This document shows, one piece after another, positions 1 through 12,399 of a stretch of 64,000 nt of DNA. The position numbers were made by a program, and so were the translations under genes. How positions within the stretch are numbered: position 1 is the stretch's first letter; every line of letters starts with the position of its first letter. Below the pieces are notes generated by a model. That model was given only the letters and a program-made list of their open reading frames with translations, was not told the origin of the DNA and made no database searches. The stretch is from Auanema rhodensis (lineage: Eukaryota; Animalia; Nematoda). The DNA lies in assembly GCA_964057225.1 (NCBI GenBank), contig OZ059900.1:21328001-21392000 (forward strand), in the 5' to 3' direction.

Positions 1-28
1 TGAACACTAGAAAAATACAAAAACACAG

Positions 29-46
29 TATTTCTCATGAGAAATA
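29..46. other. 18-bp palindrome TATTTCTCATGAGAAATA (perfect in minor allele, one mismatched pair in major allele), present once per monomer
   Basis: The reverse complement of TATTTCTCA is TGAGAAATA. The majority allele is TATTTCCCATGAGAAATA. Confidence 0.95.
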
Positions 47-218
47 TTTTATTATGCTGGAAAACCAGTTTTTGGAAATTTCGCTGTAAACAAGGTTTTG
101 ACTTACGATTTCATGTGTTCAAACTCATGCAATGTCAATGAAACCTAGCTCAAAATTGTTCGTACAACGTCTAGTTCCACTTTCACGACAAAAAAACAGG
201 GGTTAGAAAATTAAGGAA

Positions 219-255
219 ATTAGCATATTCTGAGGGCACGCCCCTTATGGCTAAT
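219..255. other. Imperfect inverted repeat around the only GC-rich core of the monomer
   Basis: ATTAGC (219-224) pairs with GCTAAT (250-255); inner AGGG (233-236) pairs with CCCT (242-245) around the loop CACGC. Confidence 0.7.
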
Positions 256-320
256 ATTGATTAAATCGATTTTTGTTCATATGAGTCGTCAAATGCAACG
301 AATTTCAGCGTGTTACATAC

Positions 321-337
321 TAAAATGAAGCATTTTA
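321..337. other. Inverted repeat TAAAATG-AAG-CATTTTA (7-bp stem, 3-nt loop), once per monomer
   Basis: The reverse complement of TAAAATG is CATTTTA. Confidence 0.9.
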
Positions 338-1339
338 CATGCTGAACACTAGAAAAATACAAAAACACAGTATTTCCCATGAGAAATATTTTATTATGCT
401 GGAAAACCAGTTTTTGGAAATTTCGCTGTAAACAAGGTTTTGACTTATGATTTCATGTGTTAAAACTCATGCAATGTCAATGAAACCTGGCTCAAAATTG
501 TTCGTACAACGTCTAGTTCCACTTTCACGACAAAAAAAAGGGGTTAGAAAATTAAAAAAATTAGCATATTCTGAGGGCACGCCCCTTATGGCTAATATTG
601 ATTAAATCGATTTTTGTTCATATGAGTCGTCAAATGCAACGAATTTCAGCGTGTTACATACTAAAATGAAACATTTTACATGCTGAACACTAGAAAAATA
701 CAAAAACACAGTATTTCCCATGAGAAATATTTTATTATGCTGGAAAACCAGTTTTTGGAAATTTCGCTGTAAACAAGGTTTTGACTTATGATTTCATGTG
801 TTAAAACTCATGCAATGTCAATGAAACCTAGCTCAAAATTGTTCGTACAACGTCTAGTTCCACTTTCACGACAAAAAACTGGGGTTAGAAAATCAAGGAA
901 ATTAGCATATTCTGAGGGCACGCCCCTTATGGCTAATATTGATTAAATCGATTTTTGTTCATATGAGTCGTCAAATGCAACGAATTTCAGCGTGTTACAT
1001 ACTAAAATGAAGCATTTTACATGCTGAACACTAGAAAAATACAAAAACACAGTATTTCCCATGAGAAATATTTTATTATGCTGGAAAACCAGTTTTTGGA
1101 AATTTCGCTGTAAACAATGTTTTGACTTACGATTTCATGTGTTCAAACTCATGCAATGTCAATGAAACCTGGCTCAAAATTGTTCGTACAACGTCTAGTT
1201 CCACTTTCACGACAAAAAAACAGGGGTTAGAAAATTAAGGAAATTAGCATATTCTGAGGGCACGCCCCTTATGGCTAATATTGATTAAATCGATTTTTGT
1301 TCATATGAGTCGTCAAATGCAACGAATTTCAGCGTGTTA

Positions 1340-4300
1340 CATACTAAAATGAATCATTTTACATGCTGAACACTAGAAAAATACAAAAACACAGTATTTC
1401 CCATGAGAAATATTTTATTATGCTGGAAAACCAGTTTTTGGAAATTTCGCTGTAAACAAGGTTTTGACTTACGATTTCATGTGTTCAAACTCATGCAATG
1501 TCAATGAAACCTAGCTCAAAATTGTTCGTACAACGTCTAGTTCCACTTTCACGACAAAAAAACAGGGGTTAGAAAATTAAGGAAATTAGCATATTCTGAG
1601 GGCACGCCCCTTATGGCTAATATTGATTAAATCGATTTTTGTTCATATGAGTCGTCAAATGCAACAAATTTCAGCGTGTTACATACTGAAATGAAGCATT
1701 TTACATGCTGAACACTAGAAAAATACAAAAACACAGTATTTCTCATGAGAAATATTTTATTATGCTGGAAAACCAGTTTTTGGAAATTTCGCTGTAAACA
1801 AGGTTTTGACTTACGATTTCATGTGTTCAAACTCATGCAATGTCAATGAAACCTAACTCAAAATTGTTCGTACAACGTCTAGTTCCACTTTCACGACAAA
1901 AAAACAGGGGTTAGAAAATTAAGGAAATTAGCATATTCTGAGGGCACGCCCCTTATGGCTAATATTGATTAAATCGATTTTTGTTCATATGAGTCGTCAA
2001 ATGCAACGAATTTCAGCGTGTTACATACTAAAATGAAGCATTTCACATGCTGAACACTAGAAAAATACAAAAACACAGTATTTCCCATGAGAAATATTTT
2101 ATTATGCTGGAAAACCAGTTTTTGGAAATTTCGCTGTAAACAAGGTTTTGACTTACGATTTCATGTGTTCAAACTCATGCAATGTCAATGAAACCTAGCT
2201 CAAAATTGTTCGTACAACGTCTAGTTCCACTTTCACGACAAAAAAACAGGGGTTAGAAAATTAAGGAAATTAGCATATTCTGAGGGCACGCCCCTTATGG
2301 CTAATATTGATTAAATCGATTTTTGTTCATATGAGTCGTCAAATGCAACGAATTTCAGCGTGTTACATACTAAAATGAAGCATTTTACATGCTGAATACT
2401 TGAAAAATACAAAAACACAGTATTTCCCATGAGAAATATTTTATTATGCTGGAAAACCAGTTTTTGGAAATTTCGCTGTAAACAAGGTTTTGACTTACGA
2501 TTTCATGTGTTCAAACTCATGCAATGTCAATGAAACCTAGCTCAAAATTGTTCGTACAACGTCTAGTTCCACTTTCACGACAAAAAAAACAGGGGTTAGA
2601 AAATTAAGGAAATTAGCATATTCTGAGGGCACGCCCCTTATGGCTAATATTGATTAAATCGATTTTTGTTCATATGAGTCGTCAAATGCAACGAATTTCA
2701 GCGTGTTACATACTAAAATGAAGCATTTCACATGCTGAACACTAAAAAAATACAAAAACACAGTATTTCCCATGAGAAATATTTTATTATGCTGGAAAAC
2801 CAGTTTTTGGAAATTTCGCTGTAAACAAGGTTTTGACTTACGATTTCATGTGTTCAAACTCATGCAATGTCAATGAAACCTAGCTCAAAATTGTTCGTAC
2901 AACGTCTAGTTCCACTTTCACGACAAAAAAACAGGGGTTAGAAAATTAAGGAAATTAGCATATTCTGAGGGCACGCCCCTTATGGCTAATATTGATTAAA
3001 TCGATTTTTGTTCATATGAGTCGTCAAATGCAACGAATTTCAGCGTGTTACATACTAAAATGAATCATTTTACATGCTGAACACTAGAAAAATACAAAAA
3101 CACAGTATTTCCCATGAGAAATATTTTATTATGCTGGAAAACCAGTTTTTGGAAATTTCGCTGTAAACAAGGTTTTGACTTACGATTTCATGTGTTCAAA
3201 CTCATGCAATGTCAATGAAACCTAGCTCAAAATTGTTCGTACAACGTCTAGTTCCACTTTCACGACAAAAAAACAGGGGTTAGAAAATTAAGGAAATTAG
3301 CATATTCTGAGGGCACGCCCCTTATGGCTAATATTGATTAAATCGATTTTTGTTCATATGAGTCGTCAAATGCAACAAGTTTCAGCGTGTTACATACTGA
3401 AATGAAGCATTTTACATGCTGAACACTAGAAAAATACAAAAACACAGTATTTCTCATGAGAAATATTTTATTATGCTGGAAAACCAGTTTTTGGAAATTT
3501 CGCTGTAAACAAGGTTTTGACTTACGATTTCATGTGTTCAAACTCATGCAATGTCAATGAAACCTAACTCAAAATTGTTCGTACAACGTCTAGTTCCACT
3601 TTCACGACAAAAAAACAGGGGTTAGAAAATTAAGGAAATTAGCATATTCTGAGGGCACGCCCCTTATGGCTAATATTGATTAAATCGATTTTTGTTCATA
3701 TGAGTCGTCAAATGCAACGAATTTCAGCGTGTTACATACTAAAATGAAGCATTTCACATGCTGAACACTAGAAAAATACAAAAACACAGTATTTCCCATG
3801 AGAAATATTTTATTATGCTGGAAAACCAGTTTTTGGAAATTTCGCTGTAAACAAGGTTTTGACTTACGATTTCATGTGTTCAAACTCATGCAATGTCAAT
3901 GAAACCTAGCTCAAAATTGTTCGTACAACGTCTAGTTCCACTTTCACGACAAAAAAACAGGGGTTAGAAAATTAAGGAAATTAGCATATTCTGAGGGCAC
4001 GCCCCTTATGGCTAATATTGATTAAATCGATTTTTGTTCATATGAGTCGTCAAATGCAACGAATTTCAGCGTGTTACATACTAAAATGAAGCATTTTACA
4101 TGCTGAACACTAGAAAAAAACAAAAGCACAGTATTTCCCATGAGAAATATTTTATTATGCTGGAAAACCAGTTTTTGGAAATTTCGCTGTAAACAAAGTT
4201 TTGACTTACGATTTCATGTGTTCAAACTCATGCAATGTCAATGAAACCTAGCTCAAAATTGTTCGTACAACGTCTAGTTCCACTTTCACGACAAAAAAAC

Positions 4301-6500
4301 AGGGGTTAGAAAATTAAGGAAATTAGCATATTCTGAGGGCACGCCCCTTATGGCTAATATTGATTAAATCGATTTTTGTTCATATGAGTCGTCAAATGCA
4401 ACGAATTTCAGCGTGTTACATACTAAAATGAAGCATTTTACATGCTGAACACTAGAAAAATACAAAAACACAGTATTTCCCATGAGAAATATTTTATTAT
4501 GCTGGAAAACCAGTTTTTGGAAATTTCGCTGTAAACAAAGTTTTGACTTACGATTTCATGTGTTCAAACTCATGCAATGTCAATGAAACCTAGCTCAAAA
4601 TTGTTCGTACAACGTCTAGTTCCACTTTCACGACAAAAAAACAGGGGTTAGAAAATTAAGGAAATTAGCATATTCTGAGGGCACGCCCCTTATGGCTAAT
4701 ATTGATTAAATCGATTTTTGTTCATATGAGTCGTCAAATGCAACGAATTTCAGCGTGTTACATACTAAAATGAAGCATTTTACATGCTGAACACTAGAAA
4801 AATACAAAAACACAGTATTTCCCATGAGAAATATTTTATTATGCTGGAAAACCAGTTTTTGGAAATTTCGCTGTAAACAAGGTTTTGACTTACGATTTCA
4901 TGTGTTCAAACTCATGCAATGTCAATGAAACCTAGCTCAAAATTGTTCGTACAACGTCTAGTTCCACTTTCACGACAAAAAAACAGGGGTTAGAAAATTA
5001 AGGAAATTAGCATATTCTGAGGGCACGCCCCTTATGGCTAATATTGATTAAATCGATTTTTGTTCATATGAGTCGTCAAATGCAACAAGTTTCAGCGTGT
5101 TACATACTGAAATGAAGCATTTTACATGCTGAACACTAGAAAAATACAAAAACACTGTATTTCTCATGAGAAATATTTTATTATGCTGGAAAACCAGTTT
5201 TTGGAAATTTCGCTGTAAACAAGGTTTTGACTTACGATTTCATGTGTTCAAACTCATGCAATGTCAATGAAACCTAGCTCAAAATTGTTCGTACAACGTC
5301 TAGTTCCACTTTCACGACAAAAAAACAGGGGTTAGAAAATTAAGGAAATTAGCATATTCTGAGGGCACGCCCCTTATGGCTAATATTGATTAAATCGATT
5401 TTTGTTCATATGAGTCGTCAAATGCAACGAATTTCAGCGTGTTACATACTAAAATGAAGCATTTCACATGCTGAACACTAGAAAAATACAAAAACACAGT
5501 ATTTCCCATGAGAAATATTTTATTATGCTGGAAAACCAGTTTTTGGAAATTTCGCTGTAAACAAGGTTTTGACTTACGATTTCATGTGTTCAAACTCATG
5601 CAATGTCAATGAAACCTAGCTCAAAATTGTTCGTACAACGTCTAGTTCCACTTTCACGACAAAAAAACAGGGGTTAGAAAATTAAGGAAATTAGCATATT
5701 CTGAGGGCACGCCCCTTATGGCTAATATTGATTAAATCGATTTTTGTTCATATGAGTCGTCAAATGCAACGAATTTCAGCGTGTTACATACTAAAATGAA
5801 GCATTTCACATGCTGAACACTAGAAAAATACAAAAACACAGTATTTCCCATGAGAAATATTTTATTATGCTGGAAAACCAGTTTTTGGAAATTTCGCTGT
5901 AAACAAGGTTTTGACTTACGATTTCATGTGTTCAAACTCATGCAATGTCAATGAAACCTAGCTCAAAATTGTTCGTACAACGTCTAGTTCCACTTTCACG
6001 ACAAAAAAACAGGGGTTAGAAAATTAAGGAAATTAGCATATTCTGAGGGCACGCCCCTTATGGCTAATATTGATTAAATCGATTTTTGTTCATATGAGTC
6101 GTCAAATGCAACGAATTTCAGCGTGTTACATACTAAAATGAATCATTTTACATGCTGAACACTAGAAAAATACAAAAACACAGTATTTCCCATGAGAAAT
6201 ATTTTATTATGCTGGAAAACCAGTTTTTGGAAATTTCGCTGTAAACAAGGTTTTGACTTACGATTTCATGTGTTCAAACTCATGCAATGTCAATGAAACC
6301 TAGCTCAAAATTGTTCGTACAACGTCTAGTTCCACTTTCACGACAAAAAAACAGGGGTTAGAAAATTAAGGAAATTAGCATATTCTGAGGGCACGCCCCT
6401 TATGGCTAATATTGATTAAATCGATTTTTGTTCATATGAGTCGTCAAATGCAACAAGTTTCAGCGTGTTACATACTAAAATGAAGCATTTTACATGCTGA
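1340..6500. repeat. Local imperfect ~5-monomer periodicity
   Basis: The CAACAA variant occurs at ~1662, 3373, 5083 and 6451 (5, 5 and 4 monomers apart). ACCTAACTCA occurs at 1851 and 3562; GAATCATTTT at 1351, 3062 and 6140. Confidence 0.75.
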
Positions 6501-9500
6501 ACACTAGAAAAATACAAAAACACAGTTTTTCCCATGAGAAATATTTTATTATGCTGGAAAACCAGTTTTTGGAAATTTCGCTGTAAACAAGGTTTTGACT
6601 TACGATTTCATGTGTTCAAACTCATGCAATGTCAATGAAACCTAGCTCAAAACTGTTCGTACAACGTCTAGTTCCACTTTCACGACAAAAAAACAGGGGT
6701 TAGAAAATTAAGGAAATTAGCATATTCTGAGGGCACGCCCCTTATGGCTAATATTGATTAAATCGATTTTTGTTCATATGAGTAGTCAAATGCAACGAAT
6801 TTCAGCGTGTTACATACTTAAATGAAGCATTTTACATGCTGAACACTAGAAAAATACAAAAACACAGTATTTCCCATGAGAAATATTTTATTATGCTGGA
6901 AAACCAGTTTTTGGAAATTTCGCTGTAAACAAGTTTTTGACTTACGATTTCATGTGTTCAAACTCATGCAATGTCAATGAAACCTAGCTCAAAATTGTTC
7001 CTACAACGTCTAATTCCACTTTCACGACAAAAAAACCGGGGTTAGAAAATTAAGGAAATTAGCATATTCTAAGGGCACGCCCCTTATGGCTAATATTGAT
7101 TAAATCGATTTTTGTTCATATGAGTCGTCAAATGCAACGAATTTCAGCGTGTTACATACTAAAATGAAGTATTTTACATGCTGAACACTAGAAAAATACA
7201 AAAACACAGTATTTCCCATGAGAAATATTTTATTATGCTGGAAAACCAGTTTTTGGAATTTTCGCTGTAAACAAGGTTTTGACTTACGATTTCATGTGTT
7301 CAAACTCATGCAATGTCAATGAAACCTAGCTCAAAATTGTTCCTACAACGTCTGTTTCCACTTTCACGACAAAAAAACAGGGGTTAGAAAATTAAGGAAA
7401 TTAGCATATTCTGAGGGCACGCCCCTTATGGCTAATATTGATTAAATCGATTTTTGTTCATATGAGTCGTCAAATGCAACGAATTTCAGCGTGTTACATA
7501 CTAAAATGAAGCATTTTACATGCTGAACACTAGAAAAATACAAAAACACAGTATTTCCCATGAGAAATATTTTATTATGCTGGAAAACCAGTTTTTGGAA
7601 ATTTCGCTGTAAACAAGGTTTTGACTTACGATTTCATGTGTTCAAACTCATGCAATGTCAATGAAACCTAGCTCAAAATTGTTCGTACAACGTCTAGTTC
7701 CACTTTCACGACAAAAAAACAGGGGTTAGAAAATTAAGGAAATTAGCATATTCTGAGGGCACGCCCCTTATGGCTAATATTGATTAAATCGATTTTTGTT
7801 CATATGAGTCGTCAAATGCAACGAATTTCATCGTGTTACATACTAAAATGAAGCATTTTACATGCTGAACACTAGAAAAATACAAAAACACAGTATTTCC
7901 CATGAGAAATATTTTATTATGCTGGAAAACCAGGTTTTGGAAATTTCGCTGTAAACAAGGTTTTGACTTACGATTTCATGTGTTCAAACTCATGCAATGT
8001 CAATGAAACCTAGCTCAAAATTGTTCGTACAACGTCTAGTTCCACTTTCACGACAAAAAAACAGGGGTTAGAAAATTTAGGAAATTAGCATATTCTGAGG
8101 GCACGCCCCTTATGGCTAATATTGATTAAATCGATTTTTGTTCATATGAGTCGTCAAATGCAACGAATTTCAGCGTGTTACATACTAAAATGAAGTATTT
8201 TACATGCTGAACACTAGGAAAATACAAAAACACAGTATTTCCCATGAGAAATATTTTATTATGCTGGAAAACCAGTTTTTGGAAATTTCGCTGTAAACAA
8301 GGTTTTGACTTACGATTTCATGTGTTCAAACTCATGCAATGTCAATGAAACCTAGCTCAAAATTGTTCCTACAACGTCTAGTTCCACTTTCACGACAAAA
8401 AACAGGGGTTAGAAAATTAAGGAAATTAGCATATTCTGAGGGCACGCCCCTTATGGCTAATATTGATTAAATCGATTTTTGTTCATATGAGTCGTCAAAT
8501 GCAACGAATTTCAGCGTGTTACATACTAAAATGAAGCATTTTACATGCTGAACACTAGAAAAATACAAAAACACAGTATTTCCCATGAGAAATATTTTAT
8601 TATGCTGGAAAACCAGTTTTTGGAAATTTCGCTGTAAACAAGTTTTTGACTTACGATTTCATGTGTTCAAACTCATGCAATGTCAATGAAACCTAGCTCA
8701 AAATTGTTCCTACAACGTCTAATTCCACTTTCACGACAAAAAAACCGGGGTTAGAAAATTAAGGAAATTAGCATATTCTAAGGGCACGCCCCTTATGGCT
8801 AATATTGATTAAATCGATTTTTGTTCATATGAGTCGTCAAATGCAACGAATTTCAGCGTGTTACATACTAAAATGAAGCATTTTACATGCTGAACACTAG
8901 AAAAATACAAAAACACAGTATTTCCCATGAGAAATATTTTATTATGCTGGAAAACCAGTTTTTGGAAATTTCGCTGTAAACAAGGTTTTGACTTACGATT
9001 TCATGTGTTCAAACTCATGCAATGTCAATGAAACCTAGCTCAAAATTGTTCCTACAACGTCTAGTTCCACTTTCACGACAAAAAAACAGGGGTTAGAAAA
9101 TTAATGAAATTAGCATATTCTGAGGGCACGCCCCTTATGGCTAATATTGATTAAATCGATTTTTGTTCATATGAGTCGTCAAATGCAACGAATTTCATCG
9201 TGTTACATACTAAAATGAAGCATTTTACATGCTGAACACTAGAAAAATACAAAAACACAGTATTTCTCATGAGAAATATTTTATTATGCTGGAAAACCAG
9301 TTTTTGGAAATTTCGCTGTAAACAAGGTTTTGACTTACGATTTCATGTGTTCAAACTCATGCAATATCAATGAAACCTAGCTCAAAATTGTTCCTACAAC
9401 GTCTGTTTCCACTTTCACGACAAAAAAACAGGGGTTAGAAAATTAAGGAAATTAGCATATTCTGAGGGCACGCCCCTTATGGCTAATATTGATTAAATCG

Positions 9501-12399
9501 ATTTTTGTTCATATGAGTCGTCAAATGCAACGAATTTCAGCGTGTTACATACTAAAATGAAGCATTTTACATGCTGAACACTAGAAAAATACAAAAACAC
9601 AGTATTTCCCATGAGAAATATTTTATTATGCTGGAAAACCAGTTTTTGGAAATTTCGCTGTAAACAAGGTTTTGACTTACGATTTCATGTGTTCAAACTC
9701 ATGCAATGTCAATGAAACCTAGCTCAAAATTGTTTGTACAACGTCTGTTTCCACTTTCACGACAAAAAAACAGGGGTTAGAAAATTAAGGAAATTAGCAT
9801 ATTCTGAGGGCACGCCCCTTATGGCTAATATTGATTAAATCGATTTTTGTTCATATGAGTCGTCAAATGCAACGAATTTCAGCGTGTTACATACTAAAAT
9901 GAAGCATTTTACATGCTGAACACTAGAAAAATACAAAAACACAGTATTTCCCATGAGAAATATTTTATTATGCTGGAAAACCAGTTTTTGGAAATTTCGC
10001 TGTAAACAAGGTTTTGACTTACGATTTCATGTGTTCAAACTCATGCAATGTCAATGAAACCTAGCTCAAAATTGTTCCTACAACGTCTAGTTCCACTTTC
10101 ACGACAAAAAAACAGGGGTTAGAAAATTAATGAAATTAGCATATTCTGAGGGCACGCCCCTTATGGCTAATATTGATTAAATCGATTTTTGTTCATATGA
10201 GTCGACAAATGCAACGAATTTCATCGTGTTACATACTAAAATGAAGCATTTCACATGCTGAACACTAGAAAAATACAAAAACACAGTATTTCTCATGAGA
10301 AATATTTTATTATGCTGGAAAACCAGTTTTTGGAAATTTCGCTGTAAACAAGGTTTTGACTTACGATTTCATGTGTTCAAACTCATGCAATGTCAATGAA
10401 ACCTAGCTCAAAATTGTTTGTACAACGTCTGTTTCCACTTTCACGACAAAAAAACAGGGGTTAGAAAATTAAGGAAATTAGCATATTCTGAGGGCACGCC
10501 CCTTATGGCTAATATTGATTAAATCGATTTTTGTTCATATGAGTCGTCAAATGCAACGAATTTCAGCGTGTTAAATACTAAAATGAAACATTTTACATGC
10601 TGAACACTAGAAAAATACAAAAACACAGTATTTCCCATGAGAAATATTTTATTATGCTGGAAAACCAGTTTTTGGAAATTTCGCTGTAAACAAGGTTTTG
10701 ACTTACGATTTCATGTGTTCAAACTCATGCAATGTCAATGAAACCTAGCTCAAAATTGTTCCTACAACGTCTAGTTCCACTTTCACGACAAAAAAATAGG
10801 GGTTAGAAAATTAATGAAATTAGCATATTCTGAGGGCACGCCCCTTATGGCTAATATTGATTAAATCGATTTTTGTTCATATGAGTCGTCAAATGCAACG
10901 AATTTCATCGTGTTACATACTAAAATGAAGCATTTTACATGCTGAACACTAGAAAAATACAAAAACACAGTATTTCTCATGAAAAATATTTTATTATGCT
11001 GGAAAACCAGTTTTTGGAAATTTCGCTGTAAACAAGGTTTTGACTTACGATTTCATGTGTTCAAACTCATGCAATGTCAATGAAACCTAGCTCAAAATTG
11101 TTTGTACAACGTCTAGTTCCACTTTCACGACAAAAAAACAGGGGTTAGAAAATTAAGGAAATTAGCATATTCTGAGGGCACGCCCCTTATGGCTAATATT
11201 GATTAAATCGATTTTTGTTCATATGAGTAGTCAAATGCAACGAATTTCAGCGTGTTACATACTGAAATGAAGCATTTTACATGCTGAACACTAGAAAAAT
11301 ACAAAAACACAGTATTTCCCATGAGAAATATTTTATTATGCTGGAAAACCAGTTTTTGGAATTTTCGCTGTAAACAAGGTTTTGACTTACGATTTCATGT
11401 GTTCAAACTCATGCAATGTCAATGAAACCTAGCTCAAAATTGTTCGTACAACGTCTAGTTCCACTTTCACGACAAAAAAACAGGGGTTAGAAAATTAAGG
11501 AAATTAGCATATTCTGAGGGCACGCCCCTTATGGCTAATATTGATTAAATCGATTTTTGTTCATATGAGTCGTCAAATGCAACGAATTTCAGCGTGTTAC
11601 ATACTAAAATGAAGCATTTTACATGCTGAACACTAGAAAAATACAAAAACACAGTATTTCCCATGAGAAATATTTTATTATGCTGGAAAACCAGTTTTTG
11701 GAAATTTCGCTGTAAACAAGGTTTTGACTTACGATTTCATGTGTTCAAACTCATGCAATGTCAATGAAACCTAGCTCAAAATTGTTCGTACAACGTCTAG
11801 TTCCACTTTCACGACAAAAAAACAGGGGTTAGAAAATTAAGGAAATTAGCATATTCTGAGGGCACGCCCCTTATGGCTAATATTGATTAAATCGATTTTT
11901 GTTCATATGAGTCGTCAAATGCAACGAATTTCATCGTGTTACATACTAAAATGAAGCATTTTACATGCTGAACACTAGAAAAATACAAAAACACAGTATT
12001 TCCCATGAGAAATATTTTATTATGCTGGAAAACCAGGTTTTGGAAATTTCGCTGTAAACAAGGTTTTGACTTACGATTTCATGTGTTCAAACTCATGCAA
12101 TGTCAATGAAACCTAGCTCAAAATTGTTCGTACAACGTCTAGTTCCACTTTCACGACAAAAAAACAGGGGTTAGAAAATTTAGGAAATTAGCATATTCTG
12201 AGGGCACGCCCCTTATGGCTAATATTGATTAAATCGATTTTTGTTCATATGAGTCGTCAAATGCAACGAATTTCAGCGTGTTACATACTAAAATGAAGTA
12301 TTTTACATGCTGAACACTAGAAAAATACAAAAACACAGTATTTCCCATGAGAAATATTTTATTATGCTGGAAAACCAGTTTTTGGAAATTTCGCTGTAA

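Larger units (their letters stand above)
1..342 (+). repeat. Reference monomer (arbitrary phase), 342 bp
   Basis: Hand count gives 58 C, 57 G and 10 CpG in 342 bp. It carries one ClaI site (ATCGAT 265-270) and one NdeI site (CATATG 278-283). It differs from the majority consensus at position 35 (T instead of C). Confidence 0.97.

Noticed and set aside
198-216. Telomere-like AGGGGTTAG and variant TTTAGG; possible G-quadruplex
   Set aside because: Single degenerate unit with no tandem telomeric repeats, and too few closely spaced G-runs for a canonical quadruplex.
287-303. CENP-B box-like motif on the minus strand (ATTCGTTGCATTTGACG)
   Set aside because: It matches TTCG and the central A of nTTCGnnnnAnnCGGGn but lacks the required CGGG (6 of 9 core positions).
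1-342. Tandem 5S rRNA, tRNA, snRNA or spliced-leader gene array
   Set aside because: I recognise no 5S or tRNA sequence, no convincing Pol III internal boxes and no conserved-gene versus variable-spacer partition. An Infernal/Rfam search would be decisive.
1-342. Identification as primate alpha-satellite dimer or as a described beetle satellite of similar length
   Set aside because: The resemblance is only in length and AT content. I recognise no alphoid sequence and cannot verify identity to any published family without a search.
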